From assembly GCA_904063045.1 (NCBI GenBank), contig CAJFCJ010000029.1, forward strand, positions 124,001 through 188,000: DNA of 64,000 nt. The letters are read 5' to 3'. Positions 36,738-50,699 of the stretch are shown here, one piece after another (within the stretch, counting starts at the first letter, position 1; each line of letters opens with the position of its first letter). Below the pieces are notes generated by a model, which was given only the letters and a program-made list of their open reading frames with translations, made no database searches and had not been told where the DNA came from. The stretch comes from Dimorphilus gyrociliatus. Taxonomy: Eukaryota > Animalia > Annelida. Both the position numbers and the translations under genes were made by a program.

Positions 36738-38084
36738 ATGTTATTCCCTGCGTTCATTTTCTCAATTTTTGCTTATTGTTTAAACGCCCAGGAAGTACCA
36801 GCAGACGCCTATTATGAAGTATATACGGATGAACATCTCTTTAGTATTCGTAATAGTTTGTCATCTGGTGCAACACGTCTTTTCGTCCACATGCACTCAT
36901 CCCTATGCGAAGAGCAATCGACTACACCCCCGTCCACTTCCAATGTGATTTTCTTATCTTACGATTTCGTCACCACTCCCATTTATGTATGGTATAAATC
37001 AAAAAACTTGACCAGCTTATGGAATATATCCCGCTGCGATACACTTGTTCATGTGAAATCTGACACAGATTTTGAGATTTGGAACGGTGTATCTTCGTCA
37101 AGAGAATGGATTAGGCAGCAACTAGGGCAAGACATCGAATTGAAAAACGACCTAGATGAAGCTGTTAGGGTTGACATAGAACATGACGGTCATAAAGAAG
37201 AGATTTTTCTAAGAAGAAGCGAACAGGAAAATATAAATGTCCCGTTTGGCTGTAAAATATTAGCTTTTAATAATAGAAATGAATTTATATTCGGTAGTGT
37301 ATTTAATAATCAAGAAAGGCGTGTTATAATAAGGAAAAGTGGTACAGAACCATCTGCCCATGATTGGAAAAAGAAAGTTGAAAAAATAGAAGAAGAAAGC
37401 TTAGAAAATATTCGATCAGTTCTCATTAGGCACGTAGAGAGAACTCTATTAACTATAAAACAACCTGTGATGATGAGATCATTATTAAAAAAGTTATGGA
37501 AAATTAAGAGGACGCCTAAAGCCCTTTTATCGCGATTGAGGAAAGCTGAAACTGAAAGGTTGGAAACGATCAACTCGGTTGTCTTTTCTCTGCCAATAAC
37601 TAAGGGAAAACTGACGGACAATGAGCACGAGATTACCAAAAAGATGGCAAAAAAAGTCGTAGAGACGTGGAGTGGGAGGGAGTTAGCGATCTGTAGGATG
37701 TCTCATGTTATTAGTGTTGGTAAGGATACGAAGATGTGGCGTCAAATAAGAACGCCTGACAAAGAAGCAATAGCCGCTATTATACCACTCGAATCAGATC
37801 CCGGAGTCAAATGGCCGTTGGTACTGGAAGCGCCAGATGGCGTTCTCGAGACTATAGACGACCTTAGCGTTGGTGAAATGCTAGTGTTCGAAGGTTCGAA
37901 GGTGATTAAAAGTAGGCCTACACCTTATGCAGGAAGTTTGTACAGATTTGTCGAATTACATTGCGTTCCTTATGCATGGGAATGGAAGTATAACGAAAAA
38001 AATATGGTACTCAGGCACATGGATCATAAAATACCGTTAATACCAATAGGGCATACAGGAGCTACTGTGCACGACGAACTTTAA
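36738..38084 (+). CDS. ER-lumenal protein (signal peptide, C-terminal HDEL) with a degenerate 2OG-Fe(II) dioxygenase-like domain, 448 aa, intronless
   Basis: The first ATG is at 36738 (the ORF track starts at a TTG). Hydrophobic leader MLFPAFIFSIFAYCLNA, final residues HDEL. The segment KWPLVLEAPDG...LSVGEMLVFEG..IKSRP..Y..VELH resembles a DSBH oxygenase core. Confidence 0.85.
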   Translation: MLFPAFIFSIFAYCLNAQEVPADAYYEVYTDEHLFSIRNSLSSGATRLFVHMHSSLCEEQSTTPPSTSNVIFLSYDFVTTPIYVWYKSKNLTSLWNISRCDTLVHVKSDTDFEIWNGVSSSREWIRQQLGQDIELKNDLDEAVRVDIEHDGHKEEIFLRRSEQENINVPFGCKILAFNNRNEFIFGSVFNNQERRVIIRKSGTEPSAHDWKKKVEKIEEESLENIRSVLIRHVERTLLTIKQPVMMRSLLKKLWKIKRTPKALLSRLRKAETERLETINSVVFSLPITKGKLTDNEHEITKKMAKKVVETWSGRELAICRMSHVISVGKDTKMWRQIRTPDKEAIAAIIPLESDPGVKWPLVLEAPDGVLETIDDLSVGEMLVFEGSKVIKSRPTPYAGSLYRFVELHCVPYAWEWKYNEKNMVLRHMDHKIPLIPIGHTGATVHDEL

Positions 38085-39671
38085 AAATGAATCAATTTAA
38101 AAGAGAATTACCGTCAAGACAAAGGCAAGAATAGTGTTTGTATGTATTTATGTGTGTCGGTCTGTCGGTCTGTGTAGTTTTCTAATTTTCTGTTATATAA
38201 TCGGTTTGTTTATGTTTGTGTTTTAGCGGGTAGGAAAAAGAAAAGATTAATTAAAAAAACGCCTAGGCCAAGTAGAATCTACCTAATTCCTACCAGATGC
38301 CAAGATAATACAGGATAAGATTGCAAAACAGCAAAAAAAACGTTTTCTTTACCTTATTGACGTTTAGTACTTGTTCGTTAACAGCACGAAATTATCGGAA
38401 AAAAGTTTTCAAGTAAATATTAGCTTGTCGTGTCTTTGAATCCGCGTCATATCGATCAGACGCTTGATCGGAAGAAAAGGCGTCTTGTAAGGGCTGACTT
38501 AATGAGCATTATTAGCCTGGAATCTGGGCTCGTTACTCTGACCTGGAGCCGTCGCGAATGAAAAGGATTATGGGCCGAGTCGGAACGATGATGGATGGGC
38601 ACGAATTATCCGAGAAACGGTTAATCACTAATCCTAAGAATTATGCGCTTATTTCCAGTATAGCGTGATTCAACCGTTTCCCAAGTCCTTTAATCGCCTC
38701 TATTATATGTTAGACGCCTCTTTTAGTAGAGGATTTCAGGGCCATACCCTCAATTTTTTATATTTACAATGGTTCATTTTAAGGGTGTAAGAACTAGAAA
38801 AATGTTGTTATACAACCGGCAATTACCTTTAATTTTTTATGAATAAACGAGAGTTATTTAGCTTCACAATTTTCCATGAACTTTGCGTGCAAGGTAGGCG
38901 AAGTAAAAGAAGAAAAAGACTGGCAGTAAATTCCACTCTGTCGTGGCATTTAATACGAATAACAGCCGGCCCAGAACGAGTGGGAAACGGGGTAAAAATC
39001 GGATGACCCCCATCTGGAAATAAGCCCGTGTCGCTAGCCTATTTATTTACGCTATATACCGAAGTCGTTTGGTTATTTAAACAGGGAAAATAGCTAAATA
39101 AGGAAGATCTGGCCTGAGGAAAGAGGAAGAAGGAGGAAAATTTAAGAAAAGCATGGTCATATACCGGAAAGAAAAAAGGAATTGTTCGTCACGTGACAAA
39201 ATCTAAAACGCCCATCTGCATTGTCGCGTGATTCGACAACGTAATCTGTCGGGACGGTTTAACCCTGCCTTTTTTTTTTCCTCTTTCCCATCCCCGAACA
39301 CATCACCGAACTTGCCCTTCCTGAACTCTTTTTCTAAACCTTCCTTAATCTCACTATTCACTCTAAATATTCTTTTTTTTTGGCGTCTAACTGACAAAAA
39401 GAAATAAAGTATAGTTCAAAGGGAAAACGTTTAAAGTCAAGTTCGTGCCAAAAAAAACGTCCTTCATCCGTCCAAACACGTGGGTGTAATTCGACTGAAT
39501 CCACACATACTTCGCAAGTTCCCACCGTCAAACTGCAACATCAAACGGCTTTTCATCACTCTCCGGAATCGTTAGGCCGCTTTACCAGCATACTTTCATT
39601 TCCTAGTGCCCGCTAGGGGGTGCCGTGGTCGATACAGAGCGCATTTCGGTCTCAGCTATTCAACGATAAGG

Positions 39672-42600
39672 ATGCGGGAATCTTGTTTTGCTGAAAAGTT
39701 TTTCAGAAATCTCATTTATTTGAATAGGACTAAAAAACGGAAAAAGAATAATCTTAATACGATAAGAAAACAAACGAAGCGTTCCGAATCTGCATTCCTA
39801 CCGCAAATCTACGTGATTCTTCCTCTGATCATTGCTTTTTTATTATACGCTCCTTCCTGCCTAGAATCGGAATTCGTCCATGATGATATTGTTGCCATTA
39901 CTCGAAATCCTGATGTCAAAGGAGAAACTTCAATCGCCTCTCTGTTCCAACACGACTTCTGGGGAAACGAACTAACAGATCCTTTAAGCCATAAATCCTA
40001 CAGACCCTTAACAACACTTACCTTCAGGTAAATTGTCTCATCCTTTTTATTAGTTGCTCTTAGAAAAAAGTAGACGGAAAATGAGGATTTTAGGCGTTAC
40101 CTCCCACGACCCCACGAACGGCCGTTAAAAGTTCATAAGGATCGTGATTGAGGAGAATTTTATAAGCGTCGTTCCGCATCTGCGCCTGAAAATTATACGG
40201 TATATAAGTTTGTACTGCCTACAAACGTTGACGTTAAGTGAGTTGATACTGCAAACAGAGTCGTTACATAATTTATTATATAATACCTAACAAATGAAAA
40301 GGGAGTCTGGTCTAAGTAAGACTTTAAAACGGTCTTTATTCCTGATATTTCTTTATTTATTTAAAAACAAAACATTTGATATAATAAACTTTATATATAT
40401 ATTATTCTCAATATGGCTATCTATCTTTATATATACAGACAATATAAAGGAAAGGGCCGTATGTTTTTCATATTATTCGAATAAAGGAGAATGTTTCCAT
40501 TTCAACCCTATATATACGTGTCTAAAATCAGAAACTCGCCTCCTTTTATAAACAAATCTCTGCTCCTTTTTAAGATCTTATCGTAGGTCTGGCTGTCATC
40601 TCCTTTGTAGAAAATTTTGATAGGCAAACCCTTAAATAAGATATATAGTATTCAGTATAATGTTTAACCTTATATCTTATAATACCTATTATTTTAAACG
40701 TCTTACGCTTGTAAAAACAAAGGATTAGAGATAAAAATACTCTATCGCCTCTCTATCTCTTTTCTGTATAACTTTTTGCTATTTTCTCTTCATATTCTCC
40801 ATTTACTCCAACAGCCTTTTAACCGTCTCAATGATTTATCCAGCTTAAACGTTACGGCGGGCAGCAAACGTAATTGCGTAATCGATCGAATAACGCAAAC
40901 TCGAATTGCCGCGGAAGTCAATTAAAAAATGTGTAAATGAATGTTTAAGTAAAAAATAGCATTGAAACGATTTTTTTCACACTGCTGAAAGATAGAAAAA
41001 GAACTATAAAGATAAGTAGAAATGATAGAATTTATGTGAGATTTACTCAATTCGCTGACAGAGATAGTAGGATTATATTGGTAGGAAGAGAAGGGATTTT
41101 TCGATTCGTCAAATATATGGTAGATTAATTATTTATTGGGAGGTTTTTCGAGCAAAAACTCTCAGATCAAAGGATTGCCGATCGGCTTGTTCGATACGTC
41201 ACAAATACGGTTTTTGTTCAGCGATTTGTACGGCGTTCAATAGACGCTCATTTCCTATTCGACCGAAATGCAAACCGTTTAAATATGACGATCAGCGTTA
41301 CTCACCGGAGGGGCTCGATTTAATTACTCAATTTTCACCTTTTTACCTCAGGTTCGAATGGACGCTGTCAAGAGACGCCATGCAATTTAGAATAGTTAAT
41401 GTGTTACTACACGTAATCGCTACTGGTCTTCTTATGACAATTTCGTCAACGGTAATGAAATTACCTAAATTTTGGACTGTTATTTCTGGAATCTTCTTTG
41501 CAGTTCATCCAATTCATGTGGAAGCCGTAAGTACTATCTTTCCCATCTCTGTTTTCTATTTTGAGCCATCACGTGATGGTCATCATTCGAATTATACTGC
41601 GTGAAAGAAGTCATTTTATTCGATCAATATACCAGCATCATTTGAGTGGCTAGACGTCAGGCGAAGCTTATAAATCACAAAACACCTTTTCTTCTATTCT
41701 GTTCAATCGGACCAAGACATGAACGGCAAATAAACGCAGATGCGATCCATTATGAGATAATCTTCCTATGATAGAGTGCTATTGACAGAGATTATTCCCT
41801 TGTGATTTCATTTAGTCCGACAAAGGCAGAAATCAGTAGATATATCAGATCAGATTATATTCGCCGGTGTTAATCCTCTCTCAAAGAATTCTCTCGGCAA
41901 TACATAGTCTATATATATGAGAATATATATCATTATTAAATGGGCGGGGAAGATAGGTAGGGGCCGATCACCACCCTTAACGCCCTTTTCTGTAATCGAA
42001 ACCCAAACTAGACTGGGACTTAAATGAAGTAGAAGAAAGTGACGTCATGTCGCGAATATAAAAAGAAAGCGGCATTATAATGAAAGGTGTCGGTCTCAGC
42101 GTGGGTCGATGATACTAACCAAATTTACAGACTCACGTTAAGGTAAACGTCAATTCTTCTACCTCTGTATAGGCCTTCTTCAAATAGAAGAATCGCGGCT
42201 GGTGACGAGTTCGCGACCTTTTCTACCACTCTATTTTATTTTATTTCTATTCATTTTGTTAGTCTGTCTATTTTCTATCAGCCTTTCTCTCCCTTGATAG
42301 GGAAAAAGGATAAATATCTGACCCTTGTTCTTTTCTATTTTAGCTTTTCTTTTTTCATTAAATTTTCAAGACTTTCTATTTTTTCTTTTCCTCCGATCAA
42401 TAGACTGATTGATAGGAACAGTAACAATCTCCGGCCATCGAAAAGTAGCCCTCGGGGAAATCTGCGCGTAATACGAACTCTCAAAATAACAACGCCAATA
42501 CACTTTGTAGAATTTACTGAACTAAAAAGGGAAAGGGGAAATCGCCTAACACGAGAAATTTACCCAATTCCCTAATTTTGATACAAAACCCTCAAATGTA

Positions 42601-45600
42601 TCTTTATCTGTCTTCTCTAATAGTGTCTCTTTTTCCTCCACAAAGGTTAGTGGCATAGTCGGTAGAGCGGATGTTCTGTGTTCGATAGTAATGATGCTAG
42701 CCTTTCTGCTCGATCAACGTAATAACAGTTTGACATGGTTTGTATATAATATTTCTGCTCTATGGATATATCGATAGCTAAAAAAAAGAAGTAGAGAGGG
42801 AAGTTTTTGAAAGAAATAGGGGAGGGGGGAATATCAATTGCCAAGTGTCGTTTTATCTTCGCTAAAGAACTTAACATCAAGAAGCTTTTTGAATAGGAAA
42901 AAATATATATACATATAAAATAGAAAAGTAGCACGAAACATAATTTACTTCAGAAAGCTTTTCGGTAAATTCTATTCTCTAAAGAAAAGAAATGAAAAAA
43001 GGGTAAACCCTTCTAGAATACTTAAGATGTATTCATTGAAAAAAAAAGGAGTGTTTATCATCATTTCTTATTTCACCCATTGTTAACTGAATATTAAATA
43101 ATTAATTATAATAATTTTTTCAATTATTAATTTAAGGTGTTTAACCTTTGATTTTTTTTCTTTCTTTTTTTTGATATAGGCATTATGTAATTTTCTGATA
43201 TTTTTAGTATTGGAAATTTGGTCGAGTAACGCCCGCCGGCCAATGCGTCTGTCATTTCTTTCATGTATAATAAGGGCTGATATAATTGGCCATCGGCACG
43301 TTTAATGGCCGTCTATAGGGCGTCTATTTACGGGGGAGGGGAGCTGTTCAATGCTTGGTGACCGCCGAGAGAAACGCCTGTATAGGTCAATGAGAATCAG
43401 ACAGGCGTTCTGACATTTATTAACGCTTAAACAGGATTCTCGTGCTCTTCCTTTCTTCGATGGCAACACTTTTCAAGGAGTATGGCGTGACTGTATTGGG
43501 AATTTGCACTGTCTTACGGTTAATGAGGTACGTTGTTCTTCTCCTCCCACTATTCTTTGCCCTCTGTAACTAGTGAACGATGTAACGAGTGTCCGAGCTA
43601 ACTGAGTCGGATCAAATATTTTTTCATACCTGACCGCTTCTAATTAGCGTCAATGAAGCGTCTATTTGACAGAATGAAATTTGTCCGATTATGCAACCGG
43701 GCCGAAACGCTATGCAAATCGGCCGTCTTCTCGATTTGGAGACTCGTTTACGCTCGGTTGATTCGTTTGGCGATGAGAGAGATCTTGTCATCCTACCGGA
43801 TCAAACGACCGTATAAAACTGTCTTCTGACCGGCCGCATTAATGAACGCGGGCCGTGTCTCTCGTTCCCCTCAATATCCGATGCTAAACAAGGCTTTCGT
43901 TCATAATCAATACGCCACTTCCGCGCCTGACGTCACTCGACGATTGCGTCACAAGAAGACGCCATCTGCGTTTGACGCTCGACGAACTATAGAATGCCAA
44001 GTGGCTTTTCGAAGAGCGTTTTTTTTGGCGCTCAATAGCGTCTTCCGATCGGTTGATTTACGATGCCTCATTTTTTTCCTTTCTCCCTTCTTTCTTCCGT
44101 TTCTTAAAAATAGTTTCTCTAGTGTTTCCTTTTATAAAAAAAAGTCTTAAAAATAACTTTCGATTCTCCTCCTTGATAGAAACAAGAAAAAAGTTGCAAC
44201 AATTTACGCGATTGGCGTAAGTAAATTTAATTATGTGCTAAACGAAAAGAATTAAACGCTTACATCTTCCTTGAAAATCAGGGAGCGTTGATAGTACTCT
44301 TGAGATTGCAACATCAAGGTTGGACCACTCCACAATTTACTCGAATGGACAATCCAAATGCTTTTGAGAAGAAATTGGCGACAAGGTTAGAGAAACTTAA
44401 ACGGTTCGACGACACCAGCTATTAATGCTGTAGGCTATAAGAGCGTAGGATAAAATTGAATCGGCAGCAATATTCGTGACGGCTGCAATTTTCGCCCAAC
44501 ATATTCTCGGAGGGTCGGATTTAGCGTGTGGGCATTTTCAATGGGCAGCTTAAGAAATAAATCCGGATCGTAATTAAAATTATTGCCCAATAGACGCCCG
44601 TGACCGTCGCGAATTTTATCGTCACCTTTTAATTTCCGACGTCTTAGAAGAGGATTGAAAAAAATTAATGAAAAAAATTATAGCTTATTATAGGACGTGA
44701 TTAAATATGTTCGCTTGAATTTCTTTTACCCTATTTGGGCAATTTTAAGCTTTATTTATTTTTGCTCTTGGCAACCGGTAGAATGTAACAAAAATTACCG
44801 GTTGTTCGTGGTCGAGAGCGTTTAATTGTCGCCTCTCAGCTATTTTTTATGCTTAAATCACGTGATCTAATAGTCAATTTTCCCCATTTAACAGGATACT
44901 CAACAATCTCTACATTTATTATTTCAACCTCCAATTACTTGTTTACCCAAAGCAACTTAGTTATGATTGGCAGTTGGAAAGTTTACCTCCAATCGACGGA
45001 CCTTTCGACAAAAGAAACTTATTGTCGCTGCTTTTCATCTCGTTCTTAGTCTTATCATGCTTTAGAATACTTCGTTCCGGATTACCGGTAAGTCTAACGT
45101 AAAATGAGAAGTTGGGTAATTGAATAAGGGCTCAATAAAAGCGAACAAGCAATAAACTAAAGAAATATTATTCATATTTCTTAACTGTATCCGTCGATAT
45201 ACGACTTTATGTCCTTGAAAAAGAGGATATATAAAAAAGAAAAATAGGTGTTATGTAGCCTTAATTGTTTGCACCTGTACTCCAGTTGAAAGAAAATCGA
45301 ACAATTGTCGCCGCCTTATGGCTTTTTCTTCCGTTTGTGCCGGCTATGAATATCTTCTTTTCTGTTGGATTTGTCGTTGCCGAAAGAATTTTATATGCCC
45401 CGAGGTAAGAACTATAGTTGATAGAAAAGGAAAAGCCAACGTACAAAACAGAAACTTAGCTTCTTTTTTCTCTTCCTCTTCCAATTTATCTATCAATATA
45501 CACCAAACAACTAAACTAATTTTGCACTTTCTCCTCTCTCCGTAGCATCGGTTACGTTCTGCTAACTACACTAGGCCTAAAGCAGTTTACAACCTTATCA

Positions 45601-48300
45601 AAACGAAACAAGAAACTGACTAAAGCTGCAATAATATTCGTGCTATTGATACTGTCAATTCGTACCGAGAGAAGAACGGCAGTGTGGAAAGATAGGACGA
45701 GTTTGTTTTCGTAAGTTTCCTTAGGGAAAAGTGGGGGGTCGGCATGGGAAGCGTTCGGCTTGTTTAAATGTACAATACATTACCTTCAGACAATAATTTT
45801 CCAATATACTATATAAAAGAAAGAGTAAGGGACGAAGGGAGTACGATGATTAATTCCTAATTAATTTACTGTTAAAGCCTGCAATTATTCACGCATTACT
45901 GATCAGAAGCGGGTTTGAGTGACGTAAGGAAGGATGTTGGCAGCAGCTGACTGCGTCGTTATGTTTTGTAAATAGAATGCCGAAGCGAGTGAAAACATAT
46001 TGGCCAGAGTCGAAAGTTATAGTGCCATTTAGGTAGAACTTCTTAGAGGGCTCTAACCGCGGATAAAAAAAAGAGAGAATGGAATATGGGTGGAATATAG
46101 GCAATCAATCCATCAGTAATGATATTTTTCTTTTCGTCTCTTGCAGATCAGGGGTAAAGGATGTCCCTCAGAACGCCAAAATGCATTACAATTGGGCAAA
46201 CGTTCTATCGGATAACGGTGATCCGGGGAACGCTATACGCCATTACGAGACGGCTTTAAGGTACATTTTTTTTATTGGACTCTTTATATATTTTACGCTC
46301 GATAAAAGTATATAAGAAATGCTTATTCTTCTCAGACTATGGCCGGATTACGCAAGTGCGCACAATAATCTCGCACTGCTGCTTAGGAATGATACTCTGG
46401 CTGAAATTCATCTCCAACGGGCCGTTTCCATAGAGCCGACTCACGCCGGAGCCATGCTAAATCTGGCCAACATATACATTAGGATGAACAAGTCATTGGA
46501 TTTAGTAGAAGCCTATTTGTGGAAGGCGAATGAATTGGATCATTCCTTGGACGTGTATACGTCAATGGCAGCCCTTGAAAAAGCCAGAAATAGACCCAGC
46601 GAAAGCGAAAAGTGGTTAAGACGATCGGCCTTGATCAAACCGAACGATGCTCGAACAATCTATAATCTTGGATTAACTCTCCAAGAAAAAGGTAAGAAAA
46701 CGGCAAACTAGCGCATTTATTGATATTTGTACTTTAGCTGAATTCCAACATCGAAATGGACTAATCCTAACAATCCTTACAAGAGGGTCCTTATCGGGAA
46801 ATATTTGCGCAAATAATTGATGCGTGGAGGGGTTATATAGTCAATAGTTAAGTAAACTAGCAGCGTCCAAACACTAAGTTTTCCCTTTCCCACTGTCGGT
46901 AGAGCTTAATCGACTTCAAATTATAACAGGGTTGTCGGATGAAGGATTGCGGCAGTACGAAAGAGCTTTGCGAATAGATGGGCGTCACGAACAAGCACTG
47001 CTAGACGCTGCGCGTACATATTATGAGAAGGGCGATAGGGCCAAGGCTGAAGAATACGTTATGAGGTTTGTCTGCGATGATTTATACGAGCGTCTCCTCA
47101 TTTTCTTTTCTCTATTATTTATCTTTCCTGTTTGATCCTTTAAAGGGCGGAAAGGGAGGCGGACACGCCGAAGGCCCTTCATCAACTGGCAACATTCTAC
47201 TACAACACCGGTAACATCGTAAAAGCAATTAATCTTTTAGATAAGGGTCTGGAATATGATAATTCGGATAGTGATCTTCTGTTGCTGCACGTAAGTTTAT
47301 TTGTTTTTCTCTCTTTCGATTGACAGATTTACGATTTTAGTAAAAGAAACGATTTGCAGATGTTTGTTTTGTGATATATCCGGCTACTTGTAAATAATTG
47401 GTTTTGTTTTGCAGTCGCAGGTAACTTTACGAGCTAATCAGCTGGATGCTGCAAAAAAGTCTGCCATGCGAGCTATTGAAGTATCTCCAAACGACATACT
47501 CTGCTTGGCTCAGCTGGCCAGGATTAAAGGCGTCCAGGGCCAACATCCTGAGGTATAGACTTAAATTCGTTTATAAAAAAGAAGAAGAAAAGACAGAAGC
47601 AATCTATTAAGCCACTCTTCTTTCCCCTCAATAGGCTATAGGACTTCTAAAAACTGCACTGCAATTGGCGCGAAACGAACGAAACGGTGTTCTAGTTTCC
47701 TTACATTTCCAATTAGCAGATCATTACAAAGATCTAGCAATGAAAGAGGATGCTGCAGTTGTAAGTTTAACAAAAAAAACACCTTATTTTTAATTAACTG
47801 TAACAAATGAATTGCAATTAGAAATAATGATTTATAATATCAGTTTTTGTGTAAGAAAAAAATTATATGAATAATAATTAAAAAATCTAAACGGTTTTTC
47901 TTTTTTTTTTGCCAACCCGCCCATGTCTTTCACCGTTTCTTTTTTGTCTTGGATTATTCTACGCCCCCCTCCGCCCACTTCCTACTCTTGCTTTTTATCT
48001 TTGGGATAAAAAAAAACACTCGCAGCATTATAGAAAAACTTTGCTGTATAATGAGAAACATTCGCAAGCTCATCTCAATCTCGGCGCTTTCCATCATTCG
48101 CAGGTTGTATATACGATCGACTTATCAGTTAGACTACAAACAAACGTTATACATGTGATGTATATATTGTACAGGGTGAATACGATCTTGCTGAATGGCA
48201 CTACAAACAAGCGGAACAGCAGGAACCGGACAATTCGATTCTGAAGGAGAACTTGAGGAGATTGGAAAAAGCTTCTAAAGAAAGACGTTCGAAATATTGA
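39672..48300 (+). CDS. TMTC1: Protein O-mannosyl-transferase TMTC (TMTC1-like), ~850 aa, 17 exons
   Basis: Exons 39672-40027, 41352-41526, 42646-42737, 43435-43527, 44180-44216, 44282-44385, 44895-45087, 45286-45404, 45546-45710, 46147-46260, 46336-46691, 46930-47065, 47146-47290, 47415-47552, 47635-47760, 48026-48103 and 48175-48300, all GT-AG and phase-compatible. Motifs [18 protein letters not shown]...[60 protein letters not shown] and C-terminal TPRs. The family is secure; the TMTC1 paralogue call is less so. Confidence 0.9.
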
Positions 48301-49495
48301 AAAGACGACTGCGCCATCCCTTCTCCTATCGTTTTGTAGTCAATATAAACAAAGCCGGTTGCCGTAATCCCCTCACGACATTACAAGTTTACCAGTAGAG
48401 AGAGTCAACAAGCAGCGGCCAAGACGTCAGATAAGGCGTCCCTTCTCATTTCCGGAGGCGTCTTTCAGTCATAAATTTATCTGAAGATCCTGCCTTATCT
48501 TCGTTCTCGCAGCCTCGTGACGCAATAGACGCTTCGTATTCTGGACGGGTGCGGGTGATAAAGGGCGAACTTATTTGCATGCTGGCGTGATAAGGTTGTA
48601 CTCCGGGCCGTCTAAAGAGACGCTTTGATTGGCGTTTAATGATGCGAAATCGTTTTTATTCGTAATACACATTCTTATACAATTCAATATGAATTCTATA
48701 TCGTTTGTCTACACCAACAAAACGAAAACAAACAAAACGACATAGTACACATAAAGCCAAACAAACATCAATAGACGTCTTTGGAATTTCTTTACGACTT
48801 TTACCGTCCTTAATTCGGGCCCATTTTCAGTCTGAAAATAGCAAGCATGTAAGACTAGCTTTTTTAATACAGCCAATAAAAAGCCTAGTAGCCAGCCAAT
48901 TATGTTTGTACCGCACTACAGACTATGTTTTGACGGAGCGGAAAACAGCACCGATAAACAAACTATTGGAAGATAAAACATTAAAGAGGCCGAGGTCGAT
49001 CGGTCCTCCTTCCAAGATGCAATAAAAACAATAGAGTAGTATACTGTAATATTTAGAAAGCAAACAGAGCGTGCTGTAAGTCATATAAAAGGAAAAATCC
49101 AATGTTTATCCTAAAAAAGTGGATCTATATTTTTCGGAAGTGGGGATTTTTGTCTGTTTTTTAAAATGAAAATTGCTGTAGGCATTTGCTTTTAAACGAT
49201 TCGAAAATTATACCAATTATAATAATCATAGTAAATTATAAAGCATACAAGAATTGAAAGATGGGGAGAGAATGGTATTCAACAGCTGTTTCCAGAACAT
49301 TGCGTGATCCCTAAATATTAATGCATTATCGGCATATTTTTGACGTCTACAATTTACTATTTTTCAAAACAAAATTCTATAACGATATTTAAGGAGGTGG
49401 GGGTGTGGGCGGATATAACGGAATTTGTTTATAGCATGTTTATTTATGTATTGTAATATTATTCATCCTTTTCTCTCTTTTAACCCTGTCCTATC

Positions 49496-49606
49496 TGTGT
49501 GTGTATGTGTATGTATGTATGTATGTATGTATGTATGCATGTGTGTGTGTGTGTGTGTGTTTGTCTCTCTCTCTCTTACACACACACATACACACACTCT
49601 CTCTCT
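49496..49606. repeat. Compound microsatellite (TG/TATG/TG/TC/CA/TC)
   Basis: Adjacent perfect short tandem runs. Confidence 0.9.
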
Positions 49607-50578
49607 GCTTCATTGACACTTTCTCATTCTCTCGTCAACTTTAGTTTTTGCATGCAGAAGGCGTCTTATTGGGAGTCCAATAAATACATCAATCAACTAA
49701 TTATCGCAACTACTGTGCGGACAAGATTGCGTTAAGTGAATATATTCAGATCGAAAATCGAATTAGTATTCGGCTTCGAGTACTCTTCTCGTAGATATTG
49801 ACACTATTAAACAACAAACCTTTTTTTAAATCTAACACTTTCTGCTAGTCTTAAAAAGATGAAAGAAACTAAAATATCGAACTGTGTAATTAACGGTTGA
49901 ATTATTTAAAGAGAAAGAGAATTAAAAGAGAAATTCAATAATATTTGAACGTTTCTCTGACAAAGTTCAGAATATCTTTCATCGTAGCGCTTTAAAGGTC
50001 TACTAATGACTTATTAAACACTTTATTGGAACTTGGCACGAGAAAATTAAATTATACAGAATAGAATTAAGTCAACAGCGATTTTTTCTATTAATTTTCT
50101 ATATTCATCGATCGGATCCCGCCTGATTTGACGCTTTCGTAAATCATCATTGACAAGCAATCAGTGGAGAGATGGGCAAATAAAATGAAAATGTCATCAA
50201 TATTTATAGACTTGTCTTCATTACAATTATTTTAATTATCCTTCTATCGTTCCAAATATCGCCGCGATTAGAGGATAATGACAGGAACATTATTTATTAC
50301 TATTATTTTGACATAAATGTATTATTAGATTTATCAAATACTTCTCAAGTTAAGATACCTATTTATGAAGTTTAAAACCCCATTTAATCGAATTGATGAA
50401 ATATTCGTAGATCTGTTTCTCTTTTTCATAGTGAATCTTATCGTATGTAAATTCCAATGAAATTTGTTCTGCATGCGGTATTTGATTAATGCGAGAATGA
50501 AGATTTTTCGGAGAGCTGAAGCGAAATTAAGATAAGTTTCCGTCTGACTTTGATTTGCTGATGAAAAATCGTTTTACA

Positions 50579-50699
50579 GCGCCCTCTATTGACAAGTTAT
50601 TTTAACCCCTTTGTGGCCCTACTTTCCCCTTACATGTACGATCTCTTTGTCACTTTGGCCCATGCACTCCCTAAAGCTATTCCGTGGCGCCATCTATTG
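50579..50699. promoter_or_regulatory. Pair of CTCF-like motifs between TMTC and Shox
   Basis: GCGCCCTCTATTG (50579-50591) and GCGCCATCTATTG (50687-50699), same orientation, resembling the CTCF core GCGCCMYCTRSTGG. Confidence 0.35.
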
